64,000 nucleotides of DNA from the NCBI RefSeq assembly GCF_006345805.1, contig NC_043003.1, positions 47,368,001-47,432,000 on the forward strand, in the 5' to 3' direction. Below are positions 1-11,480 of the stretch, piece after piece. The translations under genes and the position numbers were made by a program. The notes beneath the pieces were generated by a model. The model ran no database searches and was not told where the DNA came from. It saw only the letters and a program-made list of their open reading frames with translations. Origin of the DNA: Octopus sinensis. Its lineage: Eukaryota. Within the stretch, counting starts at the first letter, position 1. Every line of letters begins with the position of its first letter.

Positions 1-99
1 TTCAGTTTCTGAACATAAGGTAATTCTATCGACTATTTAACGAAGTCAAAACTATGCTGACTCCGTCAGAATTAGAATCAGAGCATTAAAAAACAACAA

Positions 100-400
100 A
101 AACTCGAAACTAAATACTGCATTTCATTTAATCAGCATGCTACTGTATGTTTCATAGCAATTTCTTTGTTCATCACAAAGGCAACAAAGAGACAACATTA
201 TAACGTAATTCTGAACAAACACTATACAAATCATCTTCATCATTTTATGTTCGTTTCTCCGTGATTGTATGGGTTGGAGTGGCCTTGCCATTTGTTGCAT
301 GAGGTTCAGCATCTTGTCCCAGCTTTCACCACTTTTTCCTCCGTTTTATTATTTAGCAGTCTCCTTCTTCTTATGTGTATATTTCTGGTTCCCCAAATGA
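100..400 (-). pseudogene. Possible class A GPCR (moody/Tre1-like) fragment, frameshifted
   Basis: The minus frames give IWGTRNIHIRRRRLLNN (TM5/ICL3-like) and SRRNEHKMMKMICIVFVQNYVIMLSLCCLCDE (TM6-like). Short, with no NPxxY motif. Confidence 0.25.
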
Positions 401-1689
401 GAGATAATCAGTCAGGAAAGATAGCATTTCTCAATAATAATCATAATATAACGTTCTGAGTTTAAATTTTGCTGGGGTCAACTTTGCTTTTCATCCTTTC
501 AAGGTAGCTAAAATGAAATATTAATCAAGTTATAGAGAAACAAAACTTTAGACTGTAATAAGCATGTGGCTTGTTTATTGTTTCAGACATCTTTACCTTG
601 CTATTCACCCTCCCCCTAAAAGAAGCCACGTTGATGTCCTCTAATGATTGTAAATTATATATCGTAAAGCTCTCTTAATAGGTTCCCCGCTTCTTTTTAA
701 ATACGTACAATAGTCTTTGATATTGAAGTTAACAATATAAAGTGCTGAATTTAAAGTTTTTTCTTATTGTTAGAGATAGAGAGAGAGAAACGATTTTGAT
801 TGTTCCTTTCGTAAGAATGGTAGAGGCTGGTTGATGTACAAGTTGTTATGTAGTTTTAGTTGCTTGAGTCCGTTACTATTACTGGTTTGGCCACTATAAA
901 ATACAAAGAAAAAAAGAAAAATAACTAAATAATCATTAACCTTAAAAGAAATGAAGAGACATTACAAAACTATTTATTTTGAGGGCGGAATATATTCACT
1001 TAAATCAACTTTGAATGGATGAAAAGTGAAGTTGAGTATGGGGAGATCCCCCACCACATGTATACATAATAGATATAATGGTGCTTTATGTATATACATC
1101 ATCGTCACTTTACATCTGTTTTCCATGCTGGCATGGGTTGTACTGGTCATCATGATCAAAGTCAGTTCTTATTAGGAACTATTGCTCTCATAGTCTGATA
1201 CTTATACACATAATTTTGGATTTTTTTCCTGTAACTGGATGCCTTTCTTAACATCAACCATTTTGCAGAGTGTAATGGGTGCATTTCATCATAGCATCAG
1301 CTCTAGAAACGTTGCCAAGTCCTTGGAAAGACAAAAGCTAAAGCGACTTCTTGCCCCTCTGCCTCCCCTGCTCATTTGCCTTTCACTTTACTGGGCAGAT
1401 AGATTTTAAAAAATAATAGATCTTGGGGACTTTTTAGAGTATTGAAAAGTCAGCTTGAAAGTTTCCGATTCCATTGTGCATGTGATTACAACAGATGTTC
1501 ATCCTAGCCATGTGCTTAAGTCAAGATTACAGCTTGATCATAGTGATCGGCAGTTGGAAGGTAGATTTTTATAAATAATAGATCTTGAGGACTTTTAGAG
1601 CACTGGAAAGTTAGCTTGAAAGTTTCTAATTGATTTACAACAAATAAGGTGAAGAAAGAATCCCTGCTGAAATAATAACTCCTTTAAGT

Positions 1690-3110
1690 TTATTCTACCG
1701 TGTTCTTACTCTGGATGCTATGCTTTTGGAGTACCTACCTCCACTGCTGCTATTAGGTCACTCAGATAAGAGAAGTTCTCAACTATTATGGAGTCTTCTA
1801 AGCATTTAAACTGCTAAATACTTCTCTGCATCTGCTGCATATGAAATCTGTTTTCTCTATCACCCTATCTGTGATCCCACAACATTTCTTGAGCATCCAG
1901 AGTTTACACTGGCTACTGCATATAGAATTCTTACATACTCTTTTTTTTTACATGCCAAGCATGGCCACCTCCCTGATGGCAGTGGATTTTTGTTTTCCTT
2001 CTTTATAATTAAAAGTTGTCTTTGTTAGATTTACTTTGAGGTCTCTTGGTCGTAAGCTTTACTTGCATATCTGGAATGTCTTCTCAAAATCTTTAACAGA
2101 TTCAGCTATGGAAACCAGGTCATTGACATTTAGCAGTTCCTATTGTCAGCCAGCTCTAAAATCCTCTGTTATGGCCTAGATAACTATAATATATATGAAG
2201 TTGAAAACTGGGCCTTGATTTTGACTTACTTGCATACTAAATTCCTTGCTGAACTTATTATTGCTAACTCTCACCCTGCTGACAACATGTCTGTTTATAT
2301 GCACTACTAATGCCTTTTAGACACTCTTTCCAACTGATGTCCTGATTCACATAGACATATTGTTTTGTATTACAGAAAACCTTATGCTTCTGATCCTATT
2401 GTCATAAAACATTAACAAACCTTTTACTTTTTACTTCTCGCCTTATCACATACTTGATGTCTAGCGTCTTCATTGGGAAGGACTTAATATTTAGAACCAT
2501 CTGCATATCTTATGTACTGACGATTGTGAAGTCTTGCTTGCATGTTTGCCTGAGTAGTAAGTGATCAGATTATTAGTCAGTTTCCAGAAGTTAGCAATAA
2601 AATATGGGTATGTTATTTATGTTACAGGTCTCCAAGACTCTCAATCCTTTTTCATTCTTTGTACTATATTCATAACCTCTACATATGCCAGAGTAGTGAT
2701 CATTAGGGACCATGGTGTTGTCCAACTTGTCACCAGCCATAATAACATGGTCACTGCCTTTCATTAGTAAGGTGGTTTGCAAGAGGGCCGCTTGGAAACT
2801 ATCCTTTTCCTTGTCTTTCAGTCTTGATTGTGGTGTATTTGCAGAAATAACTATTGTGGTTGGCCAAGACTTGTCTAAGCTTAATTTTTCCAGCATATAT
2901 CTTGTGAGATATATGTTAACCTCAGTTACTTTATCTGACCATTTCTCTGCCACCAATATGTTTTCACCACTCAGAACTGTTACTTGCCTATGAGGCATTT
3001 GGCTGATGTTCTCCCGTCTTACCTTAGGTACACAGCACTACTTAATTCCAATCCAGCATCTCTGCAATCTCTCCAGACCTACTTTTCATCATATCAACTT
3101 TCATAGTGGT
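1690..3110 (-). mobile_element. RTE-clade LINE, degenerate (endonuclease to post-RT region)
   Basis: ORF 2591-2998(-) has APE endonuclease-like motifs (LVAEKWSDKV, AGDKLDN ~ GDFNGH, GYEYSTKNEKGLRVLETC). Further left are decayed Cys-rich and IVENFSYLSDLI (~VDSFCYLGDLI) segments, with many stops. Confidence 0.8.
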
Positions 3111-3699
3111 AACCCTTAAGTTTTGTACCCAACAGGTTGAAACAGGGTTCCAGTGGTAGATGAGTATTTGGGATCATTTATATGTGCAAACATGCAGGTA
3201 TGCACACGCACAGATATAATAGCTATCCAAATGTAGTCAAAGTTAGTTGATTGATTTATGCATATGAATTGTTAAGAATATTCTTTACTTTGACAGTCTC
3301 TGTCAAAATAAATAATTTTGACATTCAAATTAAAAACAACAATAAACAAACTTTGTTTACCTGATGTTTGTATGGTGAACATGGAAGGCTACAGAGATAT
3401 CAAGCTAGAAAAATTACTTAGACATTATGAACCATCATTCCATTAAATTTCAGCTGACTAGATTATACAAGTGTAAAGTTAGAAATTAAAAATAAATAAA
3501 TAAAAAAGCATGAGTAATGAAATATAATGAAAATTGAAAAAAAATTATTTGAATTTGGCTGGATTTTCTTCAAGACCATTAAACCATTGATACTATTTTG
3601 GTTTGGAAAAATATCTATTCTGTTTATGAAACAGATATTTGTTACAGTAAACAGAATAGTCTTACTTCTAGTTTCTTTATGATAATGATGTTGTGTGTG

Positions 3700-3955
3700 T
3701 GCATGCCTTGCATGTAAAAAACACTTTTTGAGCATGGTCGTTGCCAGAACTGACTGACTGGCCCTCGTGCCAGTGACACGTAAAAGCACCCACTGCACTC
3801 TCAGAGTGGTTGGTGTTAGGAAAGGCATCCAGCTGTAGAAACTTTGCCAGATCAGATTGAGCCTGGTGCAGCCTTCTGGCTCACCAGTCCTCAGTCAAGC
3901 TGTCCAACCCATGCCAGCATGGAAAGCGGATGTTAAACGACAATGATGATGATGA
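3700..3955 (+). mobile_element. SINE with RTE-like (GAT)n tail (representative)
   Basis: GAGTGGTTGGTGTTAGGAAAGGCATCCAGCTGTAGAAAC...CCCATGCCAGCATGGAAAGCGGATGTTAAACGA..(TGA)n. Other copies near 5540, 9378, 20964, 31220, 43755, 46990, 53270, 54460 and 55500-55930. Confidence 0.85.
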
Positions 3956-4329
3956 ATGATCCCAAACATACACACATCTGTGTATGCATGTGCGTGTGTA
4001 TATCTTTTTATTATTTACTTGTTTTGGTCATTGGACTGTGGTCATGCTGGAGCACTACTTTGAAGGGTTTAGTCACAAATACGAAGAGACTCCCTCATTG
4101 CATATAACATCAGGTTATTCTTGCAGTTAGTAGAAGAACGGTCAACATGAAAATCCCATAACTATCATTAAATAATTATGTCACCTATTCAGTTTTTAAA
4201 TGTAAAAAGCAGACAGCAAATAACTTGCCCCTTATTAGAAACTCTTCACTTCTTGTCCAAAATCTGTTGTTGGTATGATGAAAGGTAGGACTGTAGAGGT
4301 GCTAGTGCTGAAGCTGGCAGATGTGTGTT

Positions 4330-5500
4330 GTATAGAAGAGATAAGATGGTAGGGAGTCTTATCCAGATTTCTCATAGACAAGTAGTACCAGTGCAAATTC
4401 TGGGGTGTAGATATATTGTTATCAGAAAAATGGCTGGATAAGATAATTAAGAAACTCAATAGTCGAAGGATTACTGTACATAGTTCCCTCTTATTCATCA
4501 TTGTCTTCCAGGCCATAACAAAGGAATTCAAGACTGGCTGCCCCTCGGAACTCTTATATGCTGATGATCTTGCTCTTATAGCAGAGTCTGTTCAAGAACT
4601 AGAGAAGAAATTCCAGGTGTGGAAGCAAAACCTAGAATCAAAGGGCCTTAAAATTAACTTAGCAAAGACTAAGATTATAGCAAGAAAGAAAATGGACGGA
4701 ACCCTTCCCCCATCAGGTTAATGGCACTGCTTGATATATAAAAAAAAGGTGTAGGCAGGAATTCCATATGGGGTACTCAATGCAAACTATGGACACACAA
4801 GAGGTGAAGTGGAAAATTGGAAGGTTATCAGCGAAGATAGTGTTTGTATGTGAAAGATACACAAGAGCCATAAAAACAAAAAACGTTTAGGAAATCGATT
4901 TTCTCAAATGCCCCTGAGGCTCTTTAGAGGTAGTGGATAATTTTTGCTGCCTGGGGGACCTAATTAGTTGTTGGGAGTGGAGATGTACAGAAAGTGTAAT
5001 TGTTAGAATAAGAGTAAGATGGAGAAAATTCAGAGAGCTTTTACCTCTGTTGGCAACCAAAGGTCTCTCTCTCTCTCCATGTGAAAGGAAGTTTGTATGA
5101 TGCATGTATATGGATAGCGATACTACATGGCAGGCAGTGAGATGTGTCCCTTGAATGCAGAAGACATACGAAGCCACTATTCTCTGCTGTATGTGCAATG
5201 TCAGTGTACATGTGTGACAGAGCACTAGTGTTTTGAGGGAAAAGTTAAGCAAAAGAGGAATTAGATGCAGTGTGCAAGAGAGAAGACTGCACTGATTTGA
5301 GCATGTGATGCATATGAATATAAACAGTTGCATACAGAAGTGCTGATCACTCAAAGTGGATGGAGCTTGTGGAAGAGAGAAACCCAGGAAGACATGGGAT
5401 GAACTGTTGAAAGCTGATCTTAAGACACTGAACCTTACGAAGGAGAAGAGTAAGGAGCAAGATGTCTGGCGCACTTCTATACTCAAGAAGACCTGTCTGC
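4330..5500 (+). mobile_element. RTE-clade LINE 3' part with internal deletion
   Basis: GVDILLSEKWLDK (endonuclease) runs directly into LLFIIVFQAITKEFKTGCPSELLYADDLAL (RT). A decayed Cys-rich motif and the C-terminal region follow. Confidence 0.9.
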
Positions 5501-6336
5501 CACAGCAGAATTAATGCTGGTGTCACGGAAAAAAACACTCATGCTGTTACCATGTTAGAAGCACCCAGTACACTCGGTGGAGTAGTTGGCATTGGGAAGG
5601 ACAACCAGCCATAGAAATCATGCCAAAACAGACAATGGAGCCTGGTGCAGTCTCTGGCCCTTACCAGCACTGGTCAAATTGTCCAGCCCATGCTAGCATG
5701 GAAAATCTACATTAAATGATGATGATTTGACAGAGGCTGACTTAGCCAATAATAAAAATAATTAATTTTCCATTAATGCCTTGTATTTAGTTATTGCTAT
5801 AATGTTTTGAGTTCAAATCACATAAGAGTCACAATGCCATTCATCCTTCCCAGAAAGATAAAGTAAATTACCAGCAAAGAAGTGGCTTTAGTTAACTTTA
5901 CTCCCACATCCACCCCAAAATGTGTTGCCATGTGCTAATATTAGAAATCAATTTTCTGTTATTGCTGTTTATATAAAAAAAAAAAGTATTGACTATTGAC
6001 ATAAATATAGTGACATTTCAAATGCACAGTTTGAAAAAGTTTGTTATCTATATCTGTTATCTATCGTATAGTTATTTTGTTTCATTATATAATAGTACAA
6101 AAAAATTTTGCGAAGAGAAGGACCATGCTATTAGTGAGAAATCTTTGGGAATATACGTTAACAAAAAAAATAAATAAAATGCCAAACTTTGTGTAGTAGT
6201 ATTCTGTAGTTATTGTTTGTTTAATAAATAAATAAATCATGCCAAAAAATAAAGTTAAAATAAAATAATTAAAAATAAATTCTGGCAACAGCTTTTATTA
6301 TCAACGTTTGTTTGTACAAATCTGTGTTAATGTGCA

Positions 6337-6409
<73 letters not shown>

Positions 6410-6814
6410 CAAAAATCTAAGCTCCTGGTAGGGTGTAAAGTTAGGGTATTTCCAAGAAGCACTTGGACTATCAGTACTGTCGTGTTCCAGGCCAAAGCTG
6501 GAATTCCTCAGGTGTAGAAAATCCAAGTTCACACTGTAATGTGGGTTTGGTGAAGAGTAAATAGTCCAATTGATAAGAAGACAGAAAATTCTTTAACATC
6601 TTAATGATTCGCTACAATCGTTTCTGCACCAACTCTCTTTGCAATGCCAGTTTATGCAAAAGTTTAAAGTGAAAATTTACATATTTGCAGGTTTAGATGT
6701 TAGAGAGGCACTTCATCAGACTTGTATCAAAAATGCATTGATACAGAAACAGTTGTGAATTATTAAAGATGTGTTAAAGAATTTTCTTTGTTTTCTTATC
6801 GTTTAGATATATAT

Positions 6815-7160
6815 ATTCTTTTGACTGTGGCTATGCTGGAGCACTGCCTTAAAGGGTTTTAGTTGAAGAAATTGACCCTAGTACTTATTCTATCAGTCTC
6901 TTGGGCCAAAGTGTTATGTAGACATAAACTGAGCAGCATCAGTTTTCAAGCGATAGCAGGGGGACAAACACAGACACACACACACATAAATATATGCAAA
7001 TATATATGACGGGCTTCTTTCAGTTTCCATCTACCGAATCCACTCACAAGGCTTTGGTTGGCCTGAGGCTATAATAGAAGACACTTGCACAAGTTGCCAT
7101 GCAGTGGGACTGAACCCAGAACCATGTGGTTGGGAAGCAATCTTCTTACTACACACACAC
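6815..7160 (-). mobile_element. tRNA-derived SINE with CORE-like central motif (representative of many copies)
   Basis: The minus strand has GGTTCAGTCCCACTGC (B box-like), ...GCAAGTGTCTTCTATTATAGCCTCAGG... and a 3' CCAGCATAGCCACAGTCAAAAG end. Other copies near 20380, 21590, 30970, 33120, 47440, 48560 and 48920. Resembles described octopus OR-type SINEs; family name not verified. Confidence 0.8.
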
Positions 7161-7360
7161 ACTGTAATAGATACCATCAATTTTGAAAGATTTATTTCTA
7201 AAAAGAAAAATAATGAATTTTGTTGCATTTAAATACTTAATCCAGTATTTAGCAGTTTTTAATGATTTAATCCATTTGGGGTACGTTACTGAGTATTCAC
7301 ACAGATAAAATACTATAATGAGGTTTGTGTGTGTGTATATATATATACACACACACACAA

Positions 7361-7584
7361 AATGATTCAAAATGTGACCGCGTGTGTACCGTTGGCGATT
7401 TTTTTTCCTCTGTCTTCCCTTCTCTGGATGTTTCCTTCTCTGGATGTTTCCTTCTCCTATGTTTCCGACGAAGAGCTCCGCTCGAAACGTTAAACCCTCC
7501 TTCTTCGCTTCCTTCCTGAGCGTCCAATAATACTATATTTGTTCCACGTCCTCGCGTTGTTGTGTTTTCATGTTTGGATTAACT
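7361..7584 (+). mobile_element. Short CpG-rich repeat, probably a Penelope-like element terminal (pLTR) fragment or retrozyme-like unit
   Basis: CpG-rich ~220 bp unit between CA and TA microsatellites carrying the GAAGAGC..GCTCGAAACGT motif, with an internal 18-bp tandem duplication (tctctggatgtttccttc). A related degenerate copy lies at the window end. Confidence 0.5.
7461..7495 (+). ncRNA. Minimal type I hammerhead ribozyme-like motif (variant core)
   Basis: GTTT-CCGACGA-A-GAGC(TCC)GCTC-GAA-ACGT-T-AAAC. Stem I is GTTT/AAAC, stem II GAGC/GCTC, followed by GAAA, a palindromic stem III ACGT and the NUH triplet GUU. The core differs from CUGANGA by U4C and one extra A. Confidence 0.5.
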
Positions 7585-7585
7585 T

Positions 7586-7621
<36 letters not shown>

Positions 7622-8362
7622 TACAAACATGTATAAACATACTCATAAACAAATAGTTGTGCAAACATGTAGGTGCTTATATACATCCCTTTTCTTCTTA
7701 CACACTCATATATTTCAACGTATACAGCTAAGCATGTACCATATGACTTATTCTGTAATGACAAACGCATGATGTCTTAGTCATGAGTGGTGCCTGATGG
7801 TGTGTGTCTTGTGACAGAACGTAACTCACACTAATATCAGGTGATAACAAACATTTTTTCAGCAATATCTATTCCCCATTTATCAAGCAAATAAACACTA
7901 TTTAGAATAACAGTGCATGGTGCCATGCTACAGGGGTTTACCTCTCATTACAATTTATGGAGAACAGCATCCCAATTGATTGTTTTTCTTGATTTTTTTT
8001 TCCTTCTCTTTTTTTTTTTAATGAATAAATACCTATATCATTACCAATTCAATGTCCACTTTTCCCTGCTTGCATGGGTCAGATGGAATTTGCTGACTTC
8101 GATTTTCCATGGCCTGATGCCCTTTCTTGTCACCGACCCTTACCTGTTGCCAAGTAAGGTAATATTTCCCCATGACCAAAGGTTTTTCCACAAAAGATTT
8201 GAAAACGAAGGACACTGCTTTTATGATGTGTGTGTGTGTGTGCACACTTGTATTTTGACATTATGCGATATTTGTAAACGAGCATCTTACAACTGATGTT
8301 CACTCCCTGTCTTCTTTGAAACACGTGTTGGACAGTGGGGGGAAATGTTACCTTGCTTGGAA

Positions 8363-8525
8363 GGTATCAGGACAAAAGCCACCCAAGGACAAAATCCGAC
8401 TGGACAAATTTTAAACAAAAATATCAACTAATAAATATTAAAAATTTTTTTATAAAATTTCACTTTCCTAAGATATTTTTATTGTAAAGAAAGAACAATA
8501 TACTGGGGGATTTTGTCCTAGTACT
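8363..8525. mobile_element. MITE with GGACAAAA subterminal repeats (Mutator- or Merlin-like), inserted in a SINE
   Basis: Ends GGTATCAGGACAAAAGCC / GGATTTTGTCCTAGTACT, flanked by the direct repeat TGCTTGGAAG (8354-8363, 8525-8534), so the TSD is 8-10 bp depending on where the TIR boundary is placed. Confidence 0.75.
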
Positions 8526-10909
8526 GCTTGGAAGCAGGTCAGGGTTGGCAACAGGAAGGGCATCCAGCCATAGAAAAATCTGCCTTGATAAATTCCACCT
8601 GACCCATGCTGGAATGGAAATGTGGAGATTAAGCTACTGATGATACAATGGGCTTCTTTCTGTTTCTATCTACCAAATCCACTCACACAGCCCAGGACTG
8701 TAGTAGAAGACACTCGTCCAGGTGCCACAGAGTGGGACTGAACCAGAAGCCATGGGATTAGGAAGTAAACTTCTTACCACACAGCCTACCTGTATCTATC
8801 ATCATCATCATTTAGCATCCATTTTCCTTGCTTGTAGGGTGGACAAATATGTGTTGAAATATTGTGTTACAGCTGACTGCTCTTCCTGTCATTAAACCTG
8901 ACTTGTTTTTCAAGCAATGTTTTTGAACATGCAGAACTATGGAATGCTTTGTTGGTAGGGAATGTTACAAACATGGTTATTTTTTTTTTTGCTCAGTGTT
9001 TTCATGTGAGGACATGGAATGTAAATATTCATACACACACACACACAGGTCTCCATACAGTTTCTATTTACCAATTCCATTCACAAGACTTTGGTTAGTC
9101 CAAGACTACATTAGTGGACAATTGTCACATAATGAAACAGAACTAGAGACCATGTGGTAACAAAGTGAATTCTGTATGCACACAGCAGCCATGCTTATAT
9201 TTACCAAACATTTTTATGAGGAAAAGTTAAAATAATAAAAATTTTATTTTATTTATTATATTTATGTACAATGTATTTATAGAGAAACATGATTATCTAG
9301 CTCTTTGTGTGTAAATTCTATTTGCTATTAATATTATCACCAGTAGATAGATGACCTTTGGACTCTTTTTATCGTCATCATCATCGTTTAACATCTGCTT
9401 TCCATGCTGGCATGGGTTGGACAGTTTGACTGAAGACTGGCGAGCCAGATGGCTGCACCAGGCTCCAATCTGATCTGGCAGAGTTTCTACAGCTGGATGC
9501 CCTTCCTAATGCCAACCACTCCAAGAGTGTATGGGTGCTTTTACGTGCCACCGGCACGAAGGCCAGTCAGGCGGTTCTGGTGATGACCATGCTCAAATGG
9601 TGCTTTTTATGTGCCACCTGCACAGGAACCAGTTCAACGGCACTTGGCAACAACCTCACTCAAATGTTTTTCACATGCCAGTAAGGCGACGCTAGTAACG
9701 ATCACACTTGAATAGTGCTTTTTATAGATGAGAATATTTGAAAGTGCATAGAGTGGGATTTGAAAGTACATAACAAATGCTTTCAGCTCAAGATAATTTC
9801 TCTGTTTGGATGTATTTTATATTACAAAGAAAAATTCACTTGTGCACATGTAAGTTCATGCACATTGCTGAAGAGATTTTAATGCATGTGTTGAGAAATT
9901 AATATGACTAATGTACATTCTCTCACAACAAATTATTCTATGGTGGATTGTTTGAATGGGACTTGTTATGAAATCGGTTTTAATTTCCAAAGATTTTTCT
10001 GCAGATTTATTCACGAGGGATTGTTTATCCAGTATCACATCTACCTCTGGGAACTTGTATTGGAATTCATTGCAGTAATTTTTTTCAAATGATTAATAAT
10101 TTAAATTTGAATAGACTCCTTTTTGCTTGTCATTTGATTAGACAGAAATTTAGTTTTATCTTTAATTTATGCAATGTTTTGTTTTAATTTTGCAAGAAAC
10201 TCTTTGTTGTGGGAATAAATTTATACTATAGCAGATCTTTTCTGATTGGTTTGTTTACTGTTAGTGTAACGCTACTTTTATATGTTTCCTATTTGGAAAT
10301 GGATAAATATATTTAACTTTTGAAGTAGGGATGTATATTGATAAACCTGTCACTTATACCTTACTTATAAGTGTTATCATTATACGTAAATCCTGACTCC
10401 AGTTACATAAATGCCATAGCGAGAAATATATTTTCTGAAACACTAATGGACATTTTATGCGTGCATCTATGTTGAATATAAATAATTTTGTGTTCTTTTA
10501 ACCGCTATAAAAAATACAGTTTCATAATTACAGAAATACATTTCATTAATAAGTTGAAGAATGTGAAGAAAGAGAAAATAATTACTGCATTATTTTATTT
10601 ATGTACATTTAGCATTTTTAATATTAATAATACAATTTGAAGTAAAGTAATTTTGTTGTAGAGACTTAAAATTTACGCTAACTAATTCTTCATACTAACT
10701 ATATAGATCTCAACAATTCAAACAAGTCTTGTTGGATTTTTTATAGACATGGCATAAAAAAAAAAATAACCAATGTCTCAAAGGAGTGAGTGTTGTGGAG
10801 TTTATTTACATCCCACAAACACTAAATTTTCCCCCCAAATCCAGGGTTTTTATAACTGCTCAACTTGACTTTAAAGAATTGAAATCACATAAAAATATTC
10901 TTTAACTAA

Positions 10910-11480
10910 TTTTCAGAATTCCTATATGAGCAGTTATTTCAACCAATGGGAAAATGACAATCATAATTCTTTGGCAATATGACATTATGTCATATTGCCA
11001 GCTACCACAAATTGGCGGTACTATTTGAAAATGGCTACACGCTACAATTCCTTTTTCCTGTAGCAGACAAGTTGGCTTCTTCATTAAAAAAATTTTGTAT
11101 ATAGCCAAGTGAGTTCTAGAGTTTACTATTTAGGATTCATCTTCACTGTTCTCATAGATAAATGATTTCAGTTCTTTCAATTTGAAAACTCTATGGACTA
11201 CTTTTCCTGCTGACAATAGAAGCATAAAATGACATAAAAATGAGAATCCATATCTTGGCAAAGATTTTTCAATATTTGGGTGTTCACAGCCAATGATTTA
11301 ACATAAATGACCAGCTTCACAAACCCTCTGAAAATTCTGTTCAATATATCAGGCAATGTTTTTGATGTCAGTGCCTCCCTGTGAATAAAGTAATAAATTC
11401 CAGTGCAAAAGTTCAGTGGGCAGTGTTGCTGTCAGTTTCTCCTGTCAACAAATCTGTCATTTTGTGTCTTCAAAGCCATG
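10910..11480 (-). pseudogene. hAT (Charlie/Buster/SPIN-like) transposase fossil
   Basis: Minus strand reads YFIHREALTSKTLPDIL..VKLVIYVKSLAVNTQILKNLCQDMDS, then after a frameshift GKVVHRVFKLKELKSFI and LAIYKIFLMKKPTCLLQEKG. These match the HCFIHREAL / LSRGKVL.RVFEL / LAYL.DIF..LN.LNL.LQG motifs. No TIRs seen. Confidence 0.8.

Noticed and set aside
6691-6758. Apparent terminal exon GLDVREALHQTCIKNALIQKQL*
   Set aside because: It overlaps the loop and arm of the 6572-6800 inverted repeat; no partner exon or homology.
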